DNA of 64,000 nt, taken from the NCBI GenBank assembly GCA_964016885.1, contig OZ024743.1:201872001-201936000 (forward strand). The letters run 5' to 3'. A program made the position numbers and the translations under genes. Shown one piece after another: positions 1-12,926 of this stretch. Every line of letters starts with the position of its first letter. Position 1 is the first letter of the stretch. The DNA is from Eledone cirrhosa. Lineage: Eukaryota. Under the pieces are notes generated by a model. That model saw nothing but the letters and a program-made list of their open reading frames with translations, ran no database searches and was not told the DNA's origin.

Positions 1-474
1 TTTAAGTAACAGCCGTACTAAGAGTGGGAAATGAAATTTCGTTTCATTTTTTCCGCTTATCGTTTTCGGTGCACCCGGCCGATTAACCCACTCGATATGC
101 AAATTGGGCTACTTAGCCGTTAATATGTATGAGGTAAGTATATACGTTCAACAATCTGGCAGGAAGGTATACGTTGCTGACGATAGCTAATAAGCTTGAA
201 ACTAGTACAGCGTTCCTTTGTCAGTGTTGAACAAACGAGCAACGATGGTTGCTAGACACTACGGCTTAATACAGGATGTTTGTTTACAAACACACCGAGC
301 ATTATAATAAATGTTCGGTGAATCCATACGTACACATATATATGTGTGCATGTATGTATATATATATACATACTACTGTACGTCTGTATAGATATATGTA
401 TGTACGTGTACATACTTATATTTAAGTAACAGCCGTACTAAGAGTGGGAAATGAAATTTCGTTTCATTTTTCCG

Positions 475-477
<3 letters not shown>
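1..477 (+). repeat. ~420-bp non-coding tandem repeat unit with hammerhead ribozyme (retrozyme-like family A); starts before the window
   Basis: 1-55 recurs at 421-476 (period 420); contains an HHR; ends against (TA)n; related copies at 27.9-29.2, 39.3-39.6, 57.4-57.8 and 59.1-59.4 kb. Confidence 0.85.
171..213 (+). ncRNA. Minimal type I hammerhead ribozyme
   Basis: ACGTTG CTGACGA t-AGCT-aata-AGCT-t GAAA CTAG TA CAGCGT: stem I ACGTTG/CAGCGT, palindromic stem III ACTAGT, GUA triplet. Confidence 0.85.
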
Positions 478-518
<41 letters not shown>

Positions 519-596
519 CGGAAAAAATGAAACGAAATTTCATTTCCCACTCTTAGTACGGCTGTTACTTAAATATAAGTATGTACACGTACATGT

Positions 597-681
<85 letters not shown>

Positions 682-805
682 GTAGGAGGTGAGTTTTATT
701 GTAGCACAATAAAGTAATTCAAATATCGAATAAGTAGCACTTTACAGTTTGTAGGACTGGAGTATAAATAATATAAGATCGAAAGATGGTTAAAAGAGTT
801 CCAAG

Positions 806-876
806 TATTTTATTATGCGCATTTCAAAAACAAATATCATCATGAGATGATATCTGCGTTTTCATCAGATAAAATA
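806..876 (-). ncRNA. Type I hammerhead ribozyme in inverted pLTR
   Basis: Reverse complement of the HHR at 4705-4775. Confidence 0.85.
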
Positions 877-1917
877 GGGATACAAGATATGAAGCTTAAA
901 AAACACTTGTGAATAGTGAAGTTTTAAATCAACATATGAAAAATAATTTAAGATTGATGTGTGATATTGGGAAAAAGTGAGTGGGGTGTTGGAAAAGGTA
1001 AGGAATAGGAGGAGATGAGAGTAAAGAATGGTGGGGTAGGAGTATAAGAAGGAAGGATGAGAGAGGAGGAGAGATGGGTAATAGAGAGAGAGAGAGAGAT
1101 AGCCTTTACAACTGAGAAAAATATATATTGTCTCACAGAGAGAAGTTAAAAAGCCGTTGGAAGATAATAGATAATTTAAAAGAATTTGAAATTAAAAGTT
1201 AATGAGGTTTATGCATAAAGAGAAAAAGGGATTAAGAATAATATTAAATTAAGGTTTGTATATTGAAGGGTTTAATACTACGTGCGAGGAAAAAGAAATT
1301 ATTAATATGTATTATTAAAATAAAAATATTAATGTTATTAAGGATATAATGTGAAAAGAAGTAAAAGAATGAATGAGTTGTGAATTTAGAGGAATTAGTT
1401 AGTGTTTAAGTTTGTTTTTATGTAATCTAATATATGTGCGTAATATATGTACGTAAATAGTTTGTTTAAAAATGAGCGTAGAAAGCAAAGATGAAAAGAA
1501 TGTTTAAGGAAGAAAAATATCTAACATCAAAAAATATATATGTTTACGAAATATTTTCTAATGGTAATAATATAATATATTAAAGGAATTAGTTAGGGTT
1601 TAAGTTTGTTTTTATGTAAAAGTCAAACGAGCATGAAAGGAAGAAATAAGGAATTTAAGGAAGAAAAATCTAACGTAAAAAAAAGGTTTATGTTTACGAA
1701 GGACTATTAAAGGTAATACTATAATGTATTTAAAAAAAAAAATTTATGGCCAATGATATGAAGAAAGATGGAAGAATGGATAATGTTGTGGTGAGTAATA
1801 ATAAGAATTGAGAAGTAGTTAGGAAGAAAAAGTTCAGATTAGAGGTTAGAAATTAGAAAGAAAAGAGGAAGAAAGGAAAGTGATAAAGATGAATGATATA
1901 GAATGAGTAACATCTGA

Positions 1918-2699
1918 AGTAATTGGCTGGTTCAACAACCTGAATAAGAAAAACAAACAAAAATTTATTCAATTTGATATTGCCAGCTACTATTCTTCTA
2001 TTTCGCCTTCACTTCTCAACAATTCTCTATCTTTCGCATTTATATATTCTGACACCACCACAGATGAACTTCACCTCATTCTCACCGCAAGAAAAATCAT
2101 CTTAGAATTCAACAATGAATACTTCCAACAACTTTGATATCACAATGGCTGCTTCCGATTCATCGCAATTGACTGATTTGATTGGTATTTTTATTTTGAA
2201 TTCTTTAAATCGGAAAATTCCTCAACTTCGCGGTGGAATTTATCGTGACGATGGACTCTTTACTATCTTAAATTGCAATTTAGTTAACCTTAATATTATT
2301 AAGAACAATATACGTGATCTCTTTGAGCAACATAACCTTAAAATCGAATTTGATAACAACGTCAAACTAGCTAACTTCTTGGATATATCCCTTAATCTTG
2401 ATACTGTCCTATATTACCCTTACCATAAAAACAATGAGAATCTAAATTATGTTAATTTTAAATCTAACCACCCCACTAACATTAAAAATGCTACACTCAG
2501 TAATATTGGAAAAAGAATATCAAACCTATCCTCTAATAAAAATATCTTTGATGCTAACGCTAATTACTATAATAATGCGCTTTCTAAAGCCGGTTATCCT
2601 GATAAAATTAAATACAGTAAAGAAACCAATCCTAGAAGGTCTTACAGTAAAATAATTAATTATGATCATTCCAAAAACTTAAATAAAAGACCTAGATAA
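1918..2699 (+). pseudogene. PLE reverse transcriptase remnant (frameshifted)
   Basis: FIQFDIASYYSSIS (motif A), FDITMAASDS (motif B), IYRDDG (motif C), NFLDI, SNHP thumb motif. Confidence 0.9.
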
Positions 2700-2980
2700 A
2701 AAAAAATAATATTCCTAAACTATTCTTTAGGGCTTTAGATAAATGCTTCCCTCCCTCACATATCTATAGTAAAATCTTTAACAAACATACAATAAAATTT
2801 TCCTATTCCACCTCCTCCAACATCTCTAACATTATCTCTAAACACAACAATGAAATATTAAATATTAAATCACATCCTTCCAACACTGAGCGTCATAATA
2901 ATAGCAGTAGTACTCCCCACGTCATTGTTAACTCTAGGCTAGATTCTGCAAACTCAAATACGACGTAAAACGTAACTTCG

Positions 2981-3541
2981 TTGAATATTCATAATACCAA
3001 TCTAGATCAGGAAACTATTATTCCTATCGTAAATAATTTCTCCAATCCAATTCCTCCTATAAATAACACTAGGTCACTTGTTAATAACTCTGTTAATCTC
3101 TCTAATCGCAATTGTAATTGCCCTGTTAGAACTAAATGTCCTCTCAATAACCATTGTCTTGATAAAAACTTAGTCTATGAATGTAAGGTTATAACTGATA
3201 CCAATTCCTTTACCTATTTCGGTTCCACTTCCACCTCCTTCAAAAATAGATTTTATAATCACAATTTATCTTTTAGATACCAACTTAAAAGAACTAACAC
3301 GGCACTCTCAGAACTCATATGGTCCTTGAAAGACATAAATATTAACTATAACATCTCTTGGAGAAAAATTTGTTATGCCTCTCCCTACTTGAATGCCTCC
3401 CTATCCAGAACATGTAATCTTTGCCTATCTGAAAAATTTACCATTATATCTAATCTCAATTCCATAATAAATAGGAGCACTCATTTATTTTCTCTCTGCT
3501 TGCATAAATTCCACAAAACATTCCATAAAGTATACAGCTAA
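2981..3541 (+). pseudogene. Naiad-type GIY-YIG endonuclease with upstream Cys cluster
   Basis: CNCPVRTKCPLNNHCL..LVYEC..YFGST..FKNRFYNH..CNLCLSEK..CLHK. Confidence 0.88.
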
Positions 3542-4704
3542 TATCTAAAACCTTACTAGTTTAAAATCCTTTTTCTCAAAGGATTATATATCTTATAAAA
3601 ATATACCCATCTTTCTACCTTATTTCAATATTATTTATTATATATTATATAATACAAGTTACTCATTCTATATCATTCCTCTTTATCACTTTCCTTTCTT
3701 CCTCTTTTCTTTCTAATTTCTAACCTCTAATCTGAACTTTTTCTTCCTAACTACTTCTCAATTTTTATTATTACTCACCACAACATTATCCATTCTTCCA
3801 TCTTTCTTCATATCATTGGATATAACATTTAAAAAAAAACAAAAACATTATAGTATTACGTTTAATAGTCCTTCGTAAACATAAACCTTTTTTTTACGTT
3901 AGATTTTTCTTCCTTAAATTCCTTATTTCTTCCTTTCATGCTCGTTTGACTTTTACATATTACAATACATAAAAACAAACTTAAACCCTAACTAATTCCT
4001 ATAATATATTATATTACCATTAGAAAATATTTCGTAAACATATATATTTTTTGATGTTAGATATTTTTCTTCCTTAAACATTCTTTTCATCTTTGCTTTC
4101 TGCGCTCATTTTTAAACAAACTATTTACGTACATGTATTACGCACACATATTACATTACATAAAAACAAACTTAAACACTAACTAATTCCTCTAAATTCA
4201 CAACTCATTCATTCTTTTACTTCTTTTCACATTATATCCTAAATAACATTAATATTTTTATTTTAATAATACCTATTAATAATTTCTTTTTCCTCGCACG
4301 TATTATTAAACCCTTCAATATACAAACCTTAATTTAATATTATTCTTAATCCCTTTTTCTCTTCATGCATAAACCTCATTAACTTTTAATTTCAAATTCT
4401 TTAAAATTATCTATTATCTTCCAACGGCTTTTTAACTTCTCTCTGTGAGACAATATATATTTTTCTCAGTTGTAAATGCTATGTCTCTCTCTCTTTCTAT
4501 CACCCATCTCTCCTCCTCTCTCATCCTTCCTTTTTATACTCCTACCCCACCATTCTTTACTCTCATCTCCTCCTATTCCTTACCTTTTCCAACACCCCCC
4601 TCACTTTTTCCCAATATCACACATCAATCTTAAATTATTTTTCATATGTTGATTTAAAACTTCACTATTCACAAGTGTTTTTTAAGCTTCATATCATGTA
4701 TCCC

Positions 4705-4775
4705 TATTTTATCTGATGAAAACGCAGATATCATCTCATGATGATATTTGTTTTTGAAATGCGCATAATAAAATA
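4705..4775 (+). ncRNA. Type I hammerhead ribozyme with long stem II in PLE 3' pLTR
   Basis: TATTTTAT CTGATGA [CAGATATCAT/ATGATATTTG stem] GAAA TGCGCA TA ATAAAATA; palindromic stem III. Confidence 0.87.
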
Positions 4776-4805
4776 CTTGGAACTCTTTTAACCATCTTTC
4801 GATCT

Positions 4806-4877
<72 letters not shown>

Positions 4878-4906
4878 ATATATATAATATATATATACAT
4901 ACATCT

Positions 4907-4970
<64 letters not shown>

Positions 4971-5092
4971 CCTATAAATAACATTTAAATGCCAATTGAT
5001 CTTTAATAATTGGTGGTTGTTTTTAAATAAACTCTGAAATTTCAACAGATTGTCACAGGAAAACAGCATATTGTCATTTTTGTTTGACGTAA

Positions 5093-5280
5093 TAATTGTT
5101 TCTACTTTTGCCACAAGGCCAGCAATTATACCAGTGAAATACTGGTACCTTATTTTATCGACCCCATAGGGATGAAAGGCAAAGTTAACCTCGGTGGGAT
5201 TTGAACTGAGACCGTTAAGGGCCGTAACTCTATGCTGCAAAGCATAGCGTCTGACCCTCTACCGATACTGCCAATCGACG
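5093..5280 (-). mobile_element. tRNA-derived SINE with Nin/Deu-like central domain
   Basis: Minus strand shows A box TGGCAGTATCGG, B box GTTCAAATCC and core GCCTTTCATCC..GGGGTCGATAAAATAAGGTACCAG; multiple copies in the window. Confidence 0.85.
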
Positions 5281-5454
5281 CATACAAATAAATATTATTG
5301 GACACATGGACACACACGCACATTCTTATATATATATAATACCTATATTATACATATTGAGTATTATATATATAATCCTCATGCATACACCCCCACATAC
5401 ATAGAATGCTATATATATGAAAGATGACACAGACACATACGCATACATGCATGC

Positions 5455-5815
5455 ATACGTACATACATACATGATGGCTGCCTCCTCGTTATCGAGTATG
5501 GCCATTGCACAATATACCATTATTAATAATTATTAATTAATTCTATCGTGCAATGCCTGTGCGTGAAGATATTTTTTAAAGTGAGGAAAGACTGCACTGA
5601 GCCAATCCCACTCTCTGAGCGACAGTAGCTATAACCCGAAAAGAAGAAAAGATTAACATCATCGGTAACTACTGAGCCGCAGGTCTTATATCGGAGTTAT
5701 CCCAGTTTCCCGAGTTGCCTTCCAGAAGAATACCCTGAGAAAGGTTAGGAGCCCTTCACTCCCAGTGGTTTAACCGCGCGATAGGGTGTCTAGCCCGACT
5801 ATTTCTATGTCCCCG
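5455..5815 (-). mobile_element. Non-autonomous RTE derivative (5' UTR fused to 3' tail)
   Basis: 5525-5815 matches the reverse complement of 12927-13225; 5460-5512 matches the reverse complement of the RTE 3' end at 16764-16810. Confidence 0.8.
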
Positions 5816-6130
5816 CACACATACATACACATGCACCCATGTATATACACATATACATATATATACATATGTACATGTGTATATTCATATTTACACACTT
5901 TTGGATTGCCGTTGAGCCTTATGAGTTCTCCCGCCCTTTGTCAGGTTTTGTTTTTTGTCCAAAATCACCCTCCTCACGAAGTAAATTTTGTGGGGTTGCC
6001 GGTTTAATCGCCGACGTCCGACCATGCGACAGGTTGAACTGGGTTACATGTTATCAAGAGTGACCCGACATACATACATACATATATACATACATACATA
6101 CAAACATACATACATACATATATACATACA

Positions 6131-6290
6131 TAATTCATAGTCTACAAATGGCTGCGATAGCTGGCACCTTCAAAATTTGCAAAACATTCTTGCGATTCAA
6201 GGGATGACAATTTCTTTTCTTTTACAACCTTGCCACCAGGAAGGTGGCCGGTCAAAAAAATATACTCGAAATTAAGAGAAAGAGAAAACA
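6131..6290 (+). mobile_element. 5'-truncated 3' end of the R4/Dong-like element
   Basis: Near-identical to 10342-10499; flanked by (CATA)n on both sides. Confidence 0.9.
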
Positions 6291-6320
6291 TACATACAAA
6301 CATACATACATACATACATA

Positions 6321-9300
6321 AATGGCGACCGTTGTGGTCAGTGTCCGATAATCGGACGTGTGTAATTACGGCTTACATGAAGGCAACATACCATATATTG
6401 GAAAAAGTTGAGCTACATTACGCGGTAAGATTACATACCATAATTCTACATAAGCGTTTGAACTGTAAGTGTGTTGTAAAACACCTATTTATATGAACGA
6501 TACATACACTTATGATATATGAACGATACATACACTTTAACATATAAATGCAACGTTGTTATATTACATTTATAAAGAAATATACAAGTAACGTTTTCGA
6601 TTCAGAAACAAAAACATAAGTGTTTGAACTGTGAATATGTTGTGAATAAGTTGTAGAACACCTATTTATATGAATGATACATAAACTTTAACATATAAAT
6701 ACAGCGTTGTTATATTGTATTACATTCATAAAGAAATATACTAAGTAACGGTTCTTTTCGTTCTCGATTCAAACGATTCAAGAACAACGTTTAAAACACA
6801 GTTGTAGAATTAAAAACTAACTGAAAAGAAATATTACCCAAGCTGTGAATAACTTTAAATTTGATTCTGACAGAACTTTGTCGAAACTTTTAAAGAAGAT
6901 CATCGACTATTTTGAAAAATAAATACGAAATATTAGTGAATAGACGAACTCATCATGGCAAAAAGTACAAGTCTCCTTCGACCAAATCGCAACTACAACC
7001 GTTGTATACACTAGAGCTACGAGCTTAACAAAGTATTATATGAAGCATACAAACAATCTGAACCCCAAAAGTTCGGTTTTATGCAAAAGCTAAAAACTTT
7101 ATGGAACTCCAAACACCCAGAATTAGACTTTTCTCCAAAGCATTTAAATGAACAGGCAAAACGTATCATTAGATGTAAATTGATACATCTAACGGAATTG
7201 AGTGATACTACAAATGCAGCCCTTGTAGACAACCACCCCACCTCCACTGACAGACAAAGAGAATGGCCAGCTAAATCTAACAGTGAACAGCTCACCAACA
7301 ATTTTGCTGAAATCCATCCCACTTCCACTGAAGAACAGCGATAAAGGTCAGCTAAATCTAGTAGTAATTGTCACCACATCAACAACGAGGCTGAAATTCA
7401 TGACTCTACTGAACAAACAGAGCACCAAAAACTTGTGGACACCCTACAAGTGATATGGAACGATATGTTTCAAGAGATACACAGCCTTAATGTGAGTGAC
7501 AGACACTAGAATCAGTAAAGAACCCACTAAATTGGAATTGGAAGAGGTGAACGAAATAGCTGGCAATTATCTGAAGGCTATACGAACTAAAGGTGTAGAA
7601 ACGACATTTGAAACGCTTAATGTTTTGTTATATGTTTCAGCTGTCACATTGCTATCATATAACACACATCTAAAATCACGCAATCAAGATACAAACAGAA
7701 AGCCTGAACCAGCGTGGATGCGAAATTTAAAAACCAAAATTTTGTCCCTGAGACGAAGTATCTCACACATCGCAGTCGTTATGAAATGCAACATAGAGAG
7801 CAACTTCACACGACACCAGGAAGACCTAAAGAAAAAGTTAGAGAGACGATTTGGAGATACAAAATTTAAAACTTTGAACTCCAAATTACACCAGTTGAAA
7901 CAACAACTCACAGCTACAACAGAAAGATTAAAATATAAGTCATCAGCACATAAACGACAAGTGCTAAATAGATTGTTTGCCAGAGATCCTAAATCAGGTG
8001 GCTTCGGTGGCAAAAGCTCAATCCCTGTAAACGACACCCCTTCAAAAGAACAGGTTGAGAGCTACTGGAGATCTGTATGGGAAACGGATGACGGATTCAA
8101 CAGACAAGCTAATTGGCTAAAATAATTGGAACAAGACTACTGCCAACATGTCCAGACAAAACAATATGACATAGATGGGTCAATACTGGAAACAGCTCTA
8201 CAGAAAATGTCGAATAGGAAATCGCCAGGCCCAGACCTCATTACAGGATACTAGTTGAAGAATTTCACTTTCTATCGGCAAGATCTCATACGGCTGTTTA
8301 CAGAAACCATTAAAGGCACACAAGAACTGCCCAGATGGTTATCAACTGCCACTACTCTCCTCATTCCCCAAAATAGCCAAACCACCCTTGCTAAAAATTA
8401 CCGCCCAATTGCCTGCCAAAACATCATGTATAAATTATATACTGGGTGCCTTAACCTGTTCTTACAGGATCACTGTGCTACCAACAACATCATAACACCT
8501 GAGCAAGCTGGTGGGAAGAGGGAGGTGCGGGGTTGCATAGATCACCTACTAACTAACAAAATGATTCAGGAAAAAACAACAAAGAATCGCAGAAACATGA
8601 CTGTGGTGTGGCTGGACTATCAAAAAGCATTTGATAGTGTACCTCATGGGTGGATTATTAAGGCTTTACAGTTAGCTAAAGTCCCACAACCATTGGTAGC
8701 TGCTGTTGAACGCCTGACCAAGAACTGGTACACCAATTTGATCCTTAGAGGTGAGAAGGAGCAGGTTAAGACTGATAAGATACATTACCAGAAGGGCATC
8801 TTTCAGGGTGATAGCTTGTCAGTGCTACTCTTCGTTCTCTCACTGAATCCACTATCTTACCTACTCAGGAAACAAGGTGGACAAAGAAGTGGGCCCAGAA
8901 GTATCTCCCATCTTTTCTTTGTTGATGACCTGAAGTTGTATGGGCCAAATATCAATGACATCAAGAAACAATTGGACCTCATTACACAATTTTCAACCGA
9001 CATCAAAATGAAATTTGGTGAGTCCAAGTGTGCATATTTGGCAGTAAAACGTGGAAGAGCTGAGCCCTCCTCTAGAAATCTAGAGATGAACGGCCTGACA
9101 ATACAACCTCTATAGTAAGGTGACAACTACAGATATCTTGGACAGGATGAGAATGTCAGATATGATGGACCCATAAATAAGGAGAGTACCAGAACTGAAT
9201 ACCTCAGAAGAGTAAAGAAAATATGGTCATCATACAACAAATACATTGCCCACAATACTTAAGCTGTGCCAATTCTAACGCCAACATTTGACCTGCTGAA

Positions 9301-10499
9301 CTGGTCATTGCAAGAACTAAGTGAGATGGATGTTAGAACTCGAAAACTTCTGTGTTACTGGGAATTTTAACATCAATGGTGATGTGGATAGGCTATACTT
9401 CTCACGCAAGGAAGGTGACCGGGGTCTAAAATCAATATTAACAACATATGAGACCCGGATAGTAACACTGAAGCAACACCTTCAACAGAGGAAAAAGGTT
9501 GGCAACCATCTTGCCCAGGTTTATGAGCATGAAAAAAAAATATCATTAGAATAGCGACTGATCTGGAGGAGAGATATGGAATAAAGCCTGATATAAATCT
9601 CTCACCCAGAGAAATCGGAAGATCCTATTCAATGTTCAAACAAGATAAAAAAATTGACCAATTTACAGAAAAAGTTCTGCATGGATACTTGAGACGTAAA
9701 ACACAGACCATAGAGGGGATAAACCACTCAAAAAGCCTGGCATGGAGTTCCGACAAGTTTATGACATCACACCTTGAGGGATATCTCTATGCAACACAGG
9801 AACAAGAACTCCCTACAAAATATCTGCTGCACAAAAGAGGAGGGCCAGCAGCTGACAATAAATGTAGGCTATGTAAAAGAAAGATCGAGGATGTAAGCCA
9901 CATTGTTGCCAGCTGCGAAAGAATCTCATCTCGCTACTACCTCCCCATAAGACACGATGGGATAGCTAGAACCATCTGGAACGCACTTCGGAAAACAAAA
10001 TTAACAACAAACGAGGAAGAATATATTGAGACAGATGGCACTAAGGAATACTGGTGGAACCTGAAAATAAAAACTGCCACCAAATTAAAGCACAACCGGC
10101 CTGATATTGTTGTTTGGGACCACACATTGAAAACGTGTTCTGTTGTGGAGATCAGCTGCCCACTTGTGTAAACGTTGTCAGAAAAATACAGGAAAAGGAG
10201 GACATCTACGGACCATTGATGAGGAGTTTACAAATCCAGTATCCAAGATACCCATCATTATTGGAGCTACGGGTTATATACCAACCCGCTTGGACCAAAG
10301 TATGACTGAACTTGGATTTGCGGACAAAAAGCGCAGCTCCCTAATTCATAGTCTACAAATGGCTGCGATAGCTGGCACCTTCAAAATTTGCAAAACATTC
10401 TTGCGATTCAAGGGATGACAATTTCTTTTCTTTTACAACCTTGCCACCAGGAAGGTGGCCGGTCAAAAAAATATACTCGAAATTAAGAGAAAGAAATAA
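6321..10499 (+). mobile_element. Near full-length R4/Dong-clade non-LTR retrotransposon (RT + CCHC + restriction-like endonuclease), inactivated
   Basis: RT motifs NYRPIAC, WLDYQKAFDSV, GIFQGDSLS, FVDDLK; CRLC..H..C knuckle; RPDIVV..VEISCP; stops and frameshifts; embedded in (CATA)n. Confidence 0.88.
6955..10418 (+). pseudogene. Disrupted single ORF of the R4/Dong-like element
   Basis: Collinear ORF pieces 7081-7344, 7496-8125, 8255-9115, 9321-9554, 9632-10171, 10143-10418. Confidence 0.85.
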
Positions 10500-10569
10500 C
10501 ATACATACATACATACATACATACATACATACATACATACATACATACATACATACATTCATATATATA

Positions 10570-10910
10570 TCTATATATATAAAGTTATATCCCTGTTTGT
10601 TTGTTTGTTTGTTCACGAACTACTCCTATGGTTTTGGAGATAGACTCCCATAACCATATATAGTCTGAAACTACATTGCCCAGGGTACTTGGATACGTAT
10701 AACTCATTTTAATCAAATATTTCACCGGGGCACGAAAACCCCGCTGAAAACTTTTTTCCCTTCGAATTATATGAAGTTTAAACCTTAGGTAAATGACAAG
10801 ATATAATGCCTATTCACAAAAGTTTTCAATTGATATTTTGAAAAAATTTATTTACAAAAAACAAAATAAGCATAATATTTAATAACGTAATTTTGATTTG
10901 ATATATTACA
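10570..10910 (+). mobile_element. Probable non-autonomous Helitron 5' part
   Basis: A|TCTATATATATAAAG start followed by (GTTT)n, typical of invertebrate non-autonomous Helitrons; no 3' CTRR end found. Confidence 0.45.
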
Positions 10911-10915
10911 AAAAA

Positions 10916-11094
10916 TAATTGTTTCTACTTTTAGCACAAGGCCAGCAATTATCCTAGTGTATTACTGGTACTTTATTTTATCGACCCGTAAGGATGAAAG
11001 GCAAAGTTAACCTCGACGGGATTTGAACTCAGACCGTAAAGGGACGTAACTATGCTAGAAAGCATGGTCTCCAACCCTCTATCGATACTGTCAA
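10916..11094 (-). mobile_element. tRNA/Nin-domain SINE
   Basis: Homologous to 5093-5280. Confidence 0.85.
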
Positions 11095-11378
11095 TTTAAA
11101 AATAATGTTTTCCAATTGTTCATGCATTACATTTTACATTGAGTAATATTGAAATGCAGAGTTTTTCTACATAAATTATATCACTGATTTAAAATCAATC
11201 ATCATTTTCTTAAAAAAAAAAAAAAATGTGTGCGACGGAGCAAGGTGCGGGTAATTCGGCTAGTATATATATATAATGAACAAAGACAATATTGGAAGTT
11301 ACTCTCTTTAGTGCAGACATATAATATTTCCGATAAATATTTAATTACATATACGCAAACACACTTGTGCTGATAGCC

Positions 11379-11411
<33 letters not shown>

Positions 11412-11417
11412 TGTATG

Positions 11418-11450
<33 letters not shown>

Positions 11451-11567
11451 GTTCATTTCAGTTCATTCTGAAGCTGTTGTTGCTGTAAACATTAGTGCCG
11501 GTGTTGTTGTTGTAGATGTTGGGATTGACTGAGTGATGTATATACACACATATACATACATATATAT

Positions 11568-11994
11568 AATATATAAGATCAAAAGATGGTTAAAAGAGTT
11601 CCATGTATTTTATTATGCGCATTTCAAAAACAAATATCATCATGCAATAACATTTGTGTTTTCATCAGATAAAATAGGAAGACATGATATGAAGGTTAAA
11701 AAACACTTGTGGATAGTGCAGTTTTAAATCAACATATGTTGATTTAAAACTGCACTATCCACAAGTGTTTTTTAACCTTCATATCATGTCTTCCTATTTT
11801 ATCTGATGAAAACACAAATGTTATTGCATGATGATATTTGTTTTTGAAATGCGCATAATAAAATACATGGAACTCTTTTTACCATCTTTTGATCTTATAT
11901 ATTATGTATACTCCAGTCCTACAAATTGTAGAGTGCTTCTTATCCGATATCTGCATTGCTTTATTGTACTACAATAAAACTCACCTCCTGCATA
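11568..11994. mobile_element. Palindromic solo pLTR pair of the 679-4812 PLE family; HHRs at 11606-11676 (-) and 11795-11865 (+)
   Basis: Near-perfect palindrome centred on AACATATGTT (~11735); homologous to 679-940; right arm has an extra ~90-nt tail. Confidence 0.88.
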
Positions 11995-12491
11995 CATATA
12001 TATAAATATGTATACAGATTCAACAGAGAGTAGAGAGTTTGACAACAGGTCGATGACTTTAGTCTAGATAGGGTAATGACATGTGATGGTGGGGAGAGAG
12101 TGTAGCCGTTATTGTGGTGGCGGAGAACAGTGAGATGTATCTAGTTCAATTGTCCGTTTTCTTCTCTTTGCAAAATTTGAATTTTAGCCATGTTATATTG
12201 AGATGTAAGTAAATGTAAAATGTAAAATATAAATAAGGATTGCTCTGCTAAAATATACTAAAATATTTGTGTAACTTCCACAAACTTTTCCAACAACAAA
12301 CTTTTACAACAACAACGGCGGCATCAAAAGATTAAAAAAAAAAAAAAAAAAATCAGAAACAAACAAAAAAACTCAAAATAACAAAACACACACACACACG
12401 CACAACACAACAACAACATCAACTGCCACCACCACCACCGCCGCCGCCATCACCATCACCAGCGACCGGGCCTTCAGAAAACAACTTTAAT

Positions 12492-12643
12492 AATAATTTT
12501 TCTGCTTTTGGCACGGATCCAGCGACTGGCCCAGCGCATCACTGGTACTCTCTTTTGTTGACTCCGTGGGGATGAGGGGCGGGGTTGACCTCGGCCGGAT
12601 TTGAGCTCAGAGCGTGGAGAGCCATAACTCTATGCTGTAAAGC
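12492..12643 (-). mobile_element. tRNA/Nin-domain SINE (diverged)
   Basis: Homologous to 5093-5280, many A>G differences. Confidence 0.75.
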
Positions 12644-12926
12644 AATTATAATAATACTGGACTGTAATACGATCAGCTTCAACTATACAAACTCTTGAAA
12701 GTCAACAGTTGAAATAATCTTGTAATCTTGTATCAGTAATGACGGTAATATATATATATATGTGTGTGTGTGTGTAAGTGAGTAGCGTGTGTGTGTTTGT
12801 TTGTATGTATGAGTGTTGCTGTGTGCGCGCGTATGTATGCGTGTGTGTGCGCGCATATATATGCGCGTGTGTGTATGTCGTACGTATAAGTGTCAATAAG
12901 TGAGTTTTTTTTTTTTTTTTTTTTTT

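Larger units (their letters stand above)
679..4812 (+). mobile_element. 5'-truncated Naiad-type Penelope-like retroelement with inverted pseudo-LTR, flanked by (TA)n
   Basis: ~770-1911 is the reverse complement of ~3658-4812; RT and GIY-YIG remnants lie between; HHR in both arms. Confidence 0.9.

Noticed and set aside
948-1136. 62-aa ORF duplicated at 4445-4633 (and the 70-aa pair at 59695/60650)
   Set aside because: Chance ORFs within inverted pLTRs
1918-3541. Selenocysteine recoding, reported for some Naiads
   Set aside because: No in-frame TGA at a conserved Cys position and no SECIS recognised; the breaks look like ordinary frameshifts and stops
5943-6068. Hairpin-ended segment before (CATA)n, possible ribozyme
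   Set aside because: No catalytic core recognised; probably the 3' end of another LINE, unassigned
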